Shown here one piece after another: positions 11,812 through 28,918 of a stretch of 64,000 nucleotides of DNA; within the stretch, counting starts at the first letter, position 1, and every line of letters starts with the position of its first letter. The stretch is from contig NEEC01000009.1 in the NCBI GenBank assembly GCA_002189035.1, positions 3,224,001-3,288,000 of the forward strand. Reading direction: 5' to 3'. The notes beneath the pieces are model-generated. The model ran no database searches, was not told where the DNA came from, and was given only the letters and a program-made list of their open reading frames with translations. The DNA is from Utricularia gibba (lineage: Eukaryota; Plantae; Magnoliophyta). Position numbers and translations under genes: made by a program.

Positions 11812-14800
11812 ATGCGATTGCGGTCTCCATCGGTTTCCAAGAAGGAGAAGAATGAAAAATTGAGGAATAAGTATAGAAGTAAGAAGAAGCACAAGAGATT
11901 AGACGCAATCTGTGAACAGGACTATGGTAGGAATCATAGGGGGATCAGAAGGCTGAATTCACCGAGTTTGCCAATGGAGATCATGAAATGGAGCTGCGGA
12001 GGAGCAAGAGGTGTCGTAGAACTCCTGTTTTACTTGATTCATCACCTCTGCCACCGAAGAAAAGGAGAAAAGTTTTTAAGAGCATTTCACATATTTCTGA
12101 GAACGATAGGGGTGGAAATGATGTACATTCTGAACTACAGCCCTCATGTTCAAGGGATCTTGATGGACAGCATGCTGGATGGCAGTTGCGGCTGAGATCA
12201 AGAGGAAATATTAGATATACATCTAGGAAGAACGAGGGGAAGTTTACTGCAAGAAGTAAAAGAAATCTTTTTGCGACTATTAATGATTATCGGGATATTA
12301 TAGTGACTGAAAATGGCAACAAAGAGGTATCATCAAATGAGAAATCAACAATTGTTAAGTCAAAAAGACCAGGAAGGATTAAAGCTGCAAAAATTATGAC
12401 CATTGGTCAGCAGAACATTGATTCAGAAGGGAGCATTGAAAATTGTGATGAGAACCCCAGGGATTTGGTGCTGGGAAACTCGTATGCCTCGGAGAATGAA
12501 TTAGGATGTAGATGTGACGCTGGAACTGAAGCTGCCAATGCTATTCCAGTGTTGGCTGAAAAAGAGGAAATTTCTATTCGCATAGATTCAATAATAGAAG
12601 AATCTCACACTATTGGTTCTACTGAGGAACTAGGAAACCGCATAGGAATTAATACTGTTGTTCCTGATCAAGGAAATGGTGCTGAGGTTGATGAGCAAAT
12701 GGATAAACAAGTGAAACATGACGAGTTTCCACATAAACTCACTGAAGTTGCTTCTGGGATGCCAGACAGAGAATGCAATAAACCTCCTGTTCTGGATGGA
12801 AAATCTACAATAAGTCTTGGAAGACGCTGTGCTTTATGTGGGGGTGGTGATGACGGAAAACCACCCAAAGTCCTTATGTTGGATGGTGCTTGCAGTGATA
12901 ATGAGGAATGTAGTATGTCATTTGCCTCAGAGGAGCCCAATTATGATGTGTGGGATGGATTTGGTGATCATTCAAGTTGGCTTGGACAGCTTCTGGGCCC
13001 CATTATTGATCGGTTTGGTATAGCAGGCATCTGGGTACATCAGCAATGCGCTGTTTGGAGTCCTGAGGTATACTCTTATGTTGGAGTGTTTGTTACATGC
13101 TTTTTTTTTTTGCTGCTTATCAGGTTAATAATGAACCCGCTAATCTAGACCATTAGGTTGTTTATGTCTGTCTTTTGCGTTCTACATAGATTTAATGCTC
13201 ATGGACCATGATTTTATGTGATTAATTCCCGTTTTGAGGAACGTCAACTTTTCTGGTCTAATAATCACTGGAAAACACATAACTTCAAATAAATTGTTCT
13301 TTCTGACTGCTGATCGGGTTCCTTTCAGGTTTACTTTTCGGGTCTTGGATGCCTTAAAAATGTCAGGGCAGCACTTTACCGAGGAAGGATGCTTAAATGC
13401 ACCCGTTGTGGAAGAGCTGGGGCTACCATAGGTTGTCGTGTTGATCGATGCCCTAAAACTTACCACCTGGTGAGTATTTATGTTGCAAATGAGTGCCTTT
13501 CTCTAGTATCTTGTCTTATATCCTACTTTTCGTGGCATCTTTTATTTATTTCCTTCATAATAGCTCTATATTTCAAAGGGTGTTATCAGGGATTTCTGAA
13601 TTTTTAATGTTTTTTTTAGCCATGTGCAAGAGACAGAGGCTGTATATTTGACCATCGAAAATTCCTCATAGCCTGCAATGATCACCGACAACTATTTCAG
13701 CCTCATGGAGTACAAAATGCACTGTGGTTGAATAAAATGAAAACCAAAAAAATGAAGTTGGAGTTGTTGAAGAATTCTAATAATGCCTTCCGTAAGGATG
13801 TTGAGGCTGAGGAAAAATTGCTTGAGAACTGTGGAGAAGATGAAGAGTTCTTGAAGCGTGAGAGCAAGAGACTGCATCGGGATTTGCAAAGAATATCCCC
13901 TACATACATTGGTTGCTGTAAACCAGAGAATGGGAAACAATTCCCGGGCTGGGAGACGGTTGCTGGACTTAAGAATGTTATTCAATGCATGAAAGAGGTT
14001 GTTATTTTGCCACTTCTATACCCGGAGTTTTTCAGTAATTTAGGCATTATTCCCCCTAGAGGAGTTCTACTGCATGGACATCCTGGAACTGGTAAGACAC
14101 TGGTTCTACGTGCTCTTATTGGGTCATGTGCACGTGGTGACACCAGGATTGCTTATTTTGCTCGCAAAGGTGCTGATTGTCTTGGTAAATATGTGGGTGA
14201 CGCTGAGCGCCAATTAAGACTTTTATTTCAAGTTGCTGAGAAATCTCAACCTTCTATAATAATTTTTGATGAGATTGATGGCTTGGCCCCCTGTCGCACC
14301 AGGAAGCAAGATCAAACACATAATTCAGTTGTCTCCACGTTGCTGGCATTGATGGATGGCCTGAAGTCTCGCGGATCTGTTATTGTAATTGGAACAACAA
14401 ATCGTCCTGATTCAGTTGACCCAGCTCTGAGGAGGCCTGGGAGATTTGATAGAGAGATTTACTTCCCACTTCCTTCTGTCAAGGATAGGGAAGAAATCCT
14501 TTCATTGCATACCGAGAAATGGACAAGGCCACTCACTGGGTTTTTACTTAAATGGGTAGCAAAGAAAACTGTGGGGTTTGCTGGAGCAGACCTGCAGGCC
14601 CTGTGCACTCAAGCAGTAACTATTGCTCTTAGGAGAAATTTCCCTTTGCAAGAGGTTCTCTCAGATGCAGAAACTGGAAGAAATGATGGTAAGCGCCTGG
14701 CAATTCCCGAGTTCGTTGTTGAAGAAGATGATTGGTTGAAGGCTCTGACATACTCACCACCTCCATGTTCTAAAAGAGAAAGTGGAGTTGCATTAAATGA

Positions 14801-17800
14801 CGTTATTACTTCACCTCTTAAGATTCATTTTTTCTCCTGTCTGTTGCTGCCATTGACAAGATTGCTTTTATTCCTGCAACTGGATGACCATGTTTGGTTG
14901 CCAAAACATCTTGATAAGGCTTCCTCGTTAGTGAAAAGCATCATTGTTTCTACTCTAGATCGCAGGAGAGAACAGACTGATAAGTGGTGGCTTTATATGG
15001 ACGGTTTGCTTCATGAAACAGATGTTATGAATGAGATTGAAAGGAGCCTTTTGCTTGAAACTGCTTTAGTTGAACAAGGTGATGTGCATGTGTCTGATGA
15101 TGCTGTGGAAGAGTGTAGCTTGAAAAGTTCCTCTCCCAGCTCTCAATTCATGGGTACTCACCAACAACTGCTTCGAAATATGCCTTCTCAATCTTCTCAA
15201 ATGGCAGGATTTCACCTTTTGCTATGTGGAAATCCTGGATCCGGCCAGAGGCACCTTGCTTCCTGTCTTCTCCATTGTTGTGTTGGCAGTCTCGATTTTT
15301 ATAAACTTGATTTGGCTAGCATCTTTCTTGAAGGATGTGGAGATTTGATTCATGGGCTAAGACGTTCATTAAGTATGCTACTTTACAAGTTTTAAAGCTT
15401 TGCTTATCTTGATAAAATGCAAAAAATTTATGGGATGACTTGTGACTCTACTCTTGATTTTTCTAAAGGATTCGTATATCTTGATGTTGGATAATTAGGT
15501 TCTTTGAACTTCTGTATGGTTATACGGACAAGTGAGTGTGCGCCCTCATTCTCTTTAGTTGTTTCATAAACTCAAGTAAATTGTCCTAGGCTCCATTCCA
15601 CATTTTTAAAACTGGCCTATCATTGCCATGCTTTCCTGTTATTTTCTTTCAATAACTCACTTTCTATATGTATTTCAAGATGCCATTTCCTGTGGGTTTT
15701 TTTTTTGTTACTATCCTTTTTTTCACCTGCACCATGTTTTCTGATGAGGAATATATTTTTATTTTCATGGCTTATTATGGCAGTGAGATGTGCTGGAGCA
15801 AATTTTTGCTTGTTATATATGCCAAGGCTTGATCTATGGGCTGTTGATACCGTAAATGGGGTCTATGAATACGAACCCACTTTATCCTTGCTGGAAGAAC
15901 CTAATTCCTCGACAGGAATATTCCATGGTCCTCAATCTGGGTTGGACGTGGGATCAGGGCAATGTTCAGCACCAGGAACTGAAGGGAGCCAATCCATGTC
16001 TTGTAGGAAGCAGGCCTCATATCTCTGGATTTCCTTCCTCGAATTTGTGGAATCTATCAGTGTGAAGACATCACTGATAATTCTGGTGTGCTGCCTCTCT
16101 GTTATTATTTCCTTTGACTTTTGAGAAAATGCTCATCCTTTTCTTTGTGACAGGCCACTTCAGATTTGCCATACCATTTTCTCCCTACCAGAATAAAGGA
16201 GTTCTTTGGAGATGATATTATGAATTGTGGTTTTCCGAATTCCCTGGTGTGTAAGTTGCCACGGGTTTCCATGCAGCTTGATGGGAAGTTTGATCGAGAT
16301 AATGTGATTATTTCTTTTGCTGCTAAGTTATCAAAGGATTTGGTCCAACACATGGTTCATTCATATTGTGCTGGAAGTCATATAGTATGCGCAAAACCAC
16401 CTGAAGGGAAAGTCTACGACATAATTCATGGTGACGATATTTCAGCGTGCCATGCTAAATCTGTCAACATCAGTCCTTCCACACCCTTGGGTTCTGGAAG
16501 TAGGCCTCAGAAAGGAAAAACAAGCTTGCAGATAGCAATATCAACATTTGGTTATCAAATTCTCATGTATCCTCATTTTGCTGAATTGTGCTGGATTACT
16601 TCAAAGTTGAAGGAAGGCCCTTCTGCAAAGACTGATGGCCCTTGGAGGGGCTGGCCCTTCCATTCCTGTATCATTCGCCCCAGCCAATCAATAGAGGGCA
16701 TTGCTTCCCCGGGCTTGAGCAGTATCAAAAGCAAAGAACCTGGAGTGGTTCATGGACTAGTCGCTGTTGGTTTAAGAGCATACAGAGGTGAATACACATC
16801 GCCCAAGAAAGTCTGCTGCGAAGTTCGAAAAGTTTTGGAAATACTGGTTCGACAAATTGATGAAAAAATTAATGGTGGGAAGAACCAGGTTCAGTTTTTT
16901 CGTGTACTATCGCAAGTGGCTTATCTTGATGATATGGTTACTGGCATGGCACATGCATTACAAGGGTAATGTTTTTGTTCCCTTTGTGTTCCTTGTTTCT
17001 CTTATGCTGGTACTAATTCTTTGTGCATAATTTCAGTCTAGATGTGGAAAATGTGGATGACCATGCTTCACAAACTAGTGCAAATGGTGGTTCATTGAAT
17101 GGTCGAACTGGTAATGACGCTGTTACTAATGCCCATGGTGAAGACCAAAAACCAGATGTCACGGAGTTCAATTCTTCTGGGAATGTTGCTGCAGAAAAGT
17201 TTAACCCGGAACTCCATATTAGTGATGGATCTTTTCATGAAGCGAGTAATGCATGCAATGGCTTCACGGGACCCAATGTTGAGGTAGAAGATACTTCAAT
17301 GGAGGCTACCCCTCAAGATCCATTACACAGTTCTGACCGTCACAGAAAGACCACAGAATCCGGACATGTGTCGCCCAGGAAGCTTTCCAATGGTTTCAGG
17401 GACAGTAGTTCATATCTGCAATCTGATGGTCCTGCCGTTGCTTCAGACTATCAGCATTTTGCAACTATTGCCCCTCCTGTCGTAAATGGCGAGCAGTCAA
17501 CTGATCCTTCATCTGAAGAAAACAGCACCGGATCCAAGGACTTGAGTAAACGTTCAAATGCAATCACTTGTTTTTACCAGTGTTGCTCTGACTGCTTCAC
17601 CAGCCTTCACAAGTTGCTCATAAGGATTATCGGTGCTGACTGCGGCCATGCGATAAGAAGTGTTTCGAACATAGAAGACCTCCACGATATTCTCTCCGCA
17701 TTCTCTGCGCATCTTCACTTGGACCTGAGCAAACTGCACTTGGGTGACGGCCCTCCAGTCAAAACAGGTTCCAGGTCTGGGAAATCCTTTGAGCACATGT

Positions 17801-18015
17801 CCATAAAGGATTGTTGTTGTTGTCATGAAGCGTCGCCGGGCTTACCTGATAAACAACAGTGCGACTGCAGCCACAGTCCGAGATTCGTGTTCAACAATGG
17901 TGTGTTGTCGTCTTCTTTGGAAGCAGGTAGTAACATTGTTTATCACTGTAAATTTGAAAAGCTGTGCCTCTGCCATCTCATAGAGTGGCTGGCAACTAGG
18001 AAGGGGGTATCGTGA
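11812..18015 (+). CDS. ATAD2-like AAA ATPase with extended PHD zinc finger (At3g15120/BRP1-like; no bromodomain seen)
   Basis: N-terminal KKHKRLDAICE; ePHD residues WVHQQCAVWSPEV...CTRCGRAGATIGCRVDRCPKTYHLPC; Walker A GHPGTGKT; Walker B IIIFDEIDG; second region LRRPGRFDRE; Cys-rich C-terminus. One -1 break in the G run at 11939-11943. Confidence 0.9.
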
Positions 18016-18243
18016 TTGCTTCAAAATCATGTTGCTTCCGCAAATTTTGGTGCACCTGCGGATTGTACAGACTGCCGGATTTCACTAATGCTCACACTGG
18101 AGTACTTTATGCTAACATTTTGTTCAATGAAACCGTGGGTACGTCCTTGTAGTCCTATCCATGAAAATCAATAAACCTATGGCTTAGGGAGGAATCATAT
18201 GGTTATGAACAAGTAATTTAGTTCTGCAAAACCAACAAAATCA

Positions 18244-18317
18244 GGTCCCGTAGCTCAGTTGGTTAGAGCGTTGGTCTTATGAGCCGAAGGTCGCGGGTTC
18301 GAGCCCCGCCGGGACCA
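18244..18317 (+). tRNA. tRNA-Ile-TAT: tRNA-Ile, anticodon TAT (UAU), intronless
   Basis: Acceptor stem GGTCCCG/CGGGACC, A box TAGCTCAGTTGG, anticodon arm TTGGT-CTTATGA-GCCGA, B box GGTTCGAGCCC, CAA upstream and oligo-T terminator at about 18338-18350. Confidence 0.97.
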
Positions 18318-19828
18318 TATTTCTCGGCTCACCCTTTATTTTTGGTTTTTTTGAGAAAAATGACTATCTGGTTGGTGCACCAGATTTGAAACGTGGAGAG
18401 TAATCTCCCAATCGAGCAGATCATTTGAATTTGCCTTGGTATTTACGTTATTCTCTCGGTTTCTGCCCGTAGAATAGTTTTTTTCGTCGAATCTGGAGTT
18501 GATTCTTGTTTCGGCTTCGTACTCATTAAATCCTTGCTTGCATTCGCGTTTATGAGTTTGGAGTTATACTTCTTCCGTATTCGTTCTGATTTCGTTCTTC
18601 TCTCGAGTTCTACTTGATACTCATCGGATGCATGTCAACCGGTCCGTAGACTCTTTTTTTATGCGTGGAATCTTACCGGATTACAAAGGATACTTGGAGA
18701 TTTCTAGATTGTAAATCATCTCTGGATCTGGATTTGGTCGCTCGTCGTTGAAAACTAGTTGGTAATTTAGTTGCGATCAGAGCAGTTCAGTTCGAAAAAA
18801 CCCCCGAGCTCTAGATTGGATTAAATTTTCCAGATCTCGTTTACGATTGATATCGATATGTGTTCTTCTTAAATGAAATCAATCGATACGCTTTTCGTTT
18901 TTCTTGTTGTGAACGAATTCAGTTTTCTGACGGTTCTTGGTTTCTCTCGATTGTTTTATTTTCAAGAGGTTGGAATGCGAGTGAATTCAGTTTTCCGACT
19001 GTTTTAGTTTTCTCTTCGGTAGGATTGTTTTGTTTTCGATTTCAGCTTTCTCATCTGCGACGTTATTTTAGTTTTGACGGAATGTGATCCGATCCACTAT
19101 TAAGTATGTTCCAAATCCTTACTCGTTCCAAGTCCTCTCCGTCCTTGTTTAGGGGTGATTTTCTATTCTAGGCAATGGATATATCCTGATGTCGTTACCA
19201 AATTGTCGACTTGATGGTCTTCGTTGAAAGTGAAACGAAACTGTTGAAGATTTTTCCAGACGCGAAAATGGTTAATGCCGGAGGCTGAGAGAAACGAATC
19301 AAATCTCCATTTTGGCGGGCGATTTCGTAGAGGGTTTACCGATCTAACAAACTCAAAGGGGTTTATGTACAACATTGGGCTAAAGTTGCCAAATATGAAA
19401 TACCCAAAAATAAAGGGTGTACATGGTAAATTCGCAAAATGTGAGGACCAAACTGTCATTTCCAGAACCCAACAAACACCCGAGTGGCTTCCCCACTAGA
19501 AGATCCATTCCCAAGCCTCCCAAGAAAGGAGCTCATGAACACTATCTGGACTGTATGGACAGAGCTCCAGAGCACACACCACCTTCTCCCAAATTTCAAC
19601 ACAGAATTGAATCTTGCATCATCTCAAGCTTCAAACAACAGTTTATTATAAGAAAACGTGACAGAAGGTACTGCTTATCAATGCACCATGATGACAACAA
19701 ATCTTCCTTAAACAAGATTTAAGGAGGAGATTAACTGCTGGGGACACCGCAGAATCTCTTTGTCAAAAGACTTATTCGAAGAAAGTGCACGAAATCCAGA
19801 ACCGTCTGAGGGCCAGCCAGAGAAAAGT

Positions 19829-20645
<817 letters not shown>

Positions 20646-20954
20646 TTAAAGAGGTGGTTGGAACTTGGAAGTGCATTCCATTTTTGGAAAAAATAATTTG
20701 ACTAAATAATATTTGTAATTGTATTCTGCAAAATGGACAAAAAAATAATAAGTATAATGTGTAATAGGCAGCTGGAAAAAATAATTTTTATGAAATTTAA
20801 ATAAAATAGAATTCAGTGAGGGACATGCTTATTTTTCTTTAAAAGACACCTTTAAATTTAATTACATTTTGTTCCTAAAGACAGAAATCTCAATAAGAAC
20901 ATGCTAGAAGAGGAGGTGACGTGGACCGTTCCTCACCAAGCATGTGGCCCACGA

Positions 20955-20974
20955 CCACGTAAGCGATGACGACT
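20955..20974. promoter_or_regulatory. as-1/ocs-like element upstream of the GST
   Basis: CCACGTAAGCGATGACGACT has two ACGT/TGACG half-sites at the spacing of the ocs/as-1 consensus TGACGTAAGCGATGACGTAA, about 390 bp upstream of the GST ATG. A further TGACGTGG lies at 20917-20924. Confidence 0.7.
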
Positions 20975-21265
20975 TACCAAAAAATTCTTCTAGAATCATC
21001 TCTATGATATTGCCCAATAACAAAACAGTGAACACAAGAAGCCCAACTCTTGCTGACAAAAATGCAAACACGAGAAAAAAACTGCGACAGAAGGAGAAGA
21101 GTTCAAAAGGGCATCTGCGACTTTATTCCTTCACGCCTATCCACAAACATGGCGGGGTGTATTACTGTAACTGTTGAATGTGAATGGTCATCTGTCAAGG
21201 GAGAGGAAGATGATCGTTAATTAGTCAATGGTGAAAGGGAGTCATAAGCAGCGCAAAGCATACCT

Positions 21266-26810
<5,545 letters not shown>

Positions 26811-27010
26811 ATTTCTGAGTTTGCCCACCTAAACAAAAGCGTCGAGCCTTGCAAACCCAGATGAACCCAAGAACAAGCACGCAAACCAAGCTACAAGAAA
26901 ACCCAAGGTTACGAACCAACCAGCAGAAGCTTCTATAAAAGGGGAAACCCGCCACACAGCAATAATTCAGACAAACAAATACCACAACTAAAGGAAATGG
27001 GGCTCAAGTA

Positions 27011-27570
27011 GATAAGGGTCGAGTAGCTGGTAGTTAGATACACCATTTTGACGCTGAAAACGGGGCTGAGAGAGCGCCAAATAGTAGGAAAAGATTGCGT
27101 TCACAGAATGTGAGGCGCATTTGCAGCCACAGCCGTCCTTCGACATTTGTACACGTGGACTGCCAGTTGATACGGAAAATCAGAAAATCTTCGCCCCAAG
27201 AATGTGTGGAATTTTCAGGTCCGTCAATATACATGCACATTATCTCTGCATTTTCTAATTCGATGGAGAGGAGGCCAGACAACACATGCACACATTCCAC
27301 ACAAGTTAAGGCGGCTCTGACCTCTAAATCTCCCAAATATTTATTATTTAAAATAAAATAATCGATTGAATAAAAAAAATCCACGACTTAGTTTAGAGAC
27401 CATCGTATCGGTCGGTCCTCATTTGCATAAATATGTAGACCCCACATGATTATCTTATGCGACACTCGGCGTGGTGTCGGTTAGGCCCATTACCTGGGCC
27501 CTGAGCAGCCCAAGAGGAGGAACTACTTTCTGTATCCGCAGGTCAATAGTTCGGCCCAGAAATCAGCCCA
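27011..27570. promoter_or_regulatory. Divergent PHOT2/cpSRP43 intergenic region with light-type and site II motifs
   Basis: GATAAG (I-box) at 27011-27016, CACGTG (G-box) at 27152-27157, and site II motifs (TGGGCY or reverse complement) at 27484, 27495, 27553 and 27565. Confidence 0.55.
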
Positions 27571-27653
27571 ATTTGGATGGATACGGTTTCTTATCCATTG
27601 CAGGCGATGCCGACTGCTGCAACACGAGCAACAAATCTCTCACTGCATTTCCG

Positions 27654-28751
27654 ATGACCGCCGTCGCTCGCCTCACATTCGCCGGCCTAACAGCTTCCGC
27701 GGCGCGTGGAGCATCTTCGGCGTTGCTCCTGCCGCCCCCGACACAATACGGTCTCCGTCATGGCATCAGAAATCCAGGTTTCTCCCTCAGCGCCACTTTG
27801 GACCAAACGGCGACAGCGTCAGTGCCGCAGAAGCAAGAGTTCGGAGATTACGACAAGGATGAAACGTATGGAGAGGTGAATCGGATCATCGGAAGCAGGG
27901 CGATTGAAGATGGGGGAGGGATGGAATATTTGATAGAGTGGAAGGATGACCACGCGCCAACGTGGGTTCCGTCGCAGTACATAGCGAGCGATGTCGTCGC
28001 TGAGTACGAAACTCCCTGGTGGACAGCCGTCAAGAAAGCCGATGAGACCGCTCTGAAGCAAATAATCGAATCCGACGACGGCAGAGATGTTGACGCCGTC
28101 GATGAAGACAGCCGCACCGCCCTTATCTTCGTCTCCGGCCTCGGTTCCGAGCAGTGCGTCGCTCTACTCGCCGAGGCAGGCGCTGACGTCAATCACCGCG
28201 AGAAGAGCGGCGGCCTGACGGCTCTGCACATGGCTGCAGGCTACGTGAAACCGGAAATTGCCGATCTGCTGATAAAATTCGGCGCAGATCCGGAAATTGG
28301 GGACGCGCGGGGACGAACGCCGTTGGAATTAGCGAAGGAGATCCTGAAGGCGACACCGCAGCTTCAGTTCGCGAGGAGAATGGGGCTGGAGAGGGTGATA
28401 AGAGTTGTCGAAGGAGAGATCTACGAGTTCGCGGAGGTGGAGGAGATACTGGAGAAGAGAGGGAAAGGGGCGAACACGGAGTATCTTGTGAAGTGGAAGG
28501 ACGGCGAGGCTAACGAGTGGGTGAAGGCGGCGGCGGTGGCGGAAGATCTTGTTACCGACTTCGAATCGGGCCTAGAGTACGCGGTGGCGGAGGCGGTTTT
28601 GGAGCGGAGGGAGGCGGCGGAGGGCGGCAAAACGGAGTACCTCGTGAAATGGGTGGATCTGGCGGAGGCGACATGGGAGCCAGAGGAAAACGTTGATCCC
28701 CATTTGATCGACTCCTTCCAACACGCCCAAAACCCAGAACCACGTGCCTAA
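27654..28751 (+). CDS. CAO: Chloroplast signal recognition particle 43 kDa subunit, intronless
   Basis: Transit-peptide-like N-terminus, chromodomain 1 ([11 protein letters not shown]...EYLIEWKD), ankyrin repeats ([24 protein letters not shown]) and two further chromodomains ([16 protein letters not shown]...ATWEPEENV). Confidence 0.96.
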   Translation: MTAVARLTFAGLTASAARGASSALLLPPPTQYGLRHGIRNPGFSLSATLDQTATASVPQKQEFGDYDKDETYGEVNRIIGSRAIEDGGGMEYLIEWKDDHAPTWVPSQYIASDVVAEYETPWWTAVKKADETALKQIIESDDGRDVDAVDEDSRTALIFVSGLGSEQCVALLAEAGADVNHREKSGGLTALHMAAGYVKPEIADLLIKFGADPEIGDARGRTPLELAKEILKATPQLQFARRMGLERVIRVVEGEIYEFAEVEEILEKRGKGANTEYLVKWKDGEANEWVKAAAVAEDLVTDFESGLEYAVAEAVLERREAAEGGKTEYLVKWVDLAEATWEPEENVDPHLIDSFQHAQNPEPRA

Positions 28752-28918
28752 TTTTGAGTGTGTTTTCTATTACTACATGTAATTTTTTCATTAAACTAAT
28801 GAAATTTTAATTCAAATTGCACGAAATTCAAATCAAAATTATTTGTCGATGTATTCGAATCAGTTGTTGCTGGCCTGGGCAGTAGTTAGTATACAATCAA
28901 TTCAATTGCTCCACTCTC

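Noticed and set aside
18318-18480. tRNA-snoRNA dicistronic gene
   Set aside because: An oligo-T Pol III terminator follows the tRNA within about 25 nt, and there is no C box/D box pair downstream.
19275-19499. Geminivirus Rep-like or Myb/SANT-like fragment
   Set aside because: Only a few scattered residues match (KY..IKG; FWRAI) and no diagnostic motif is present; not supportable without a search.
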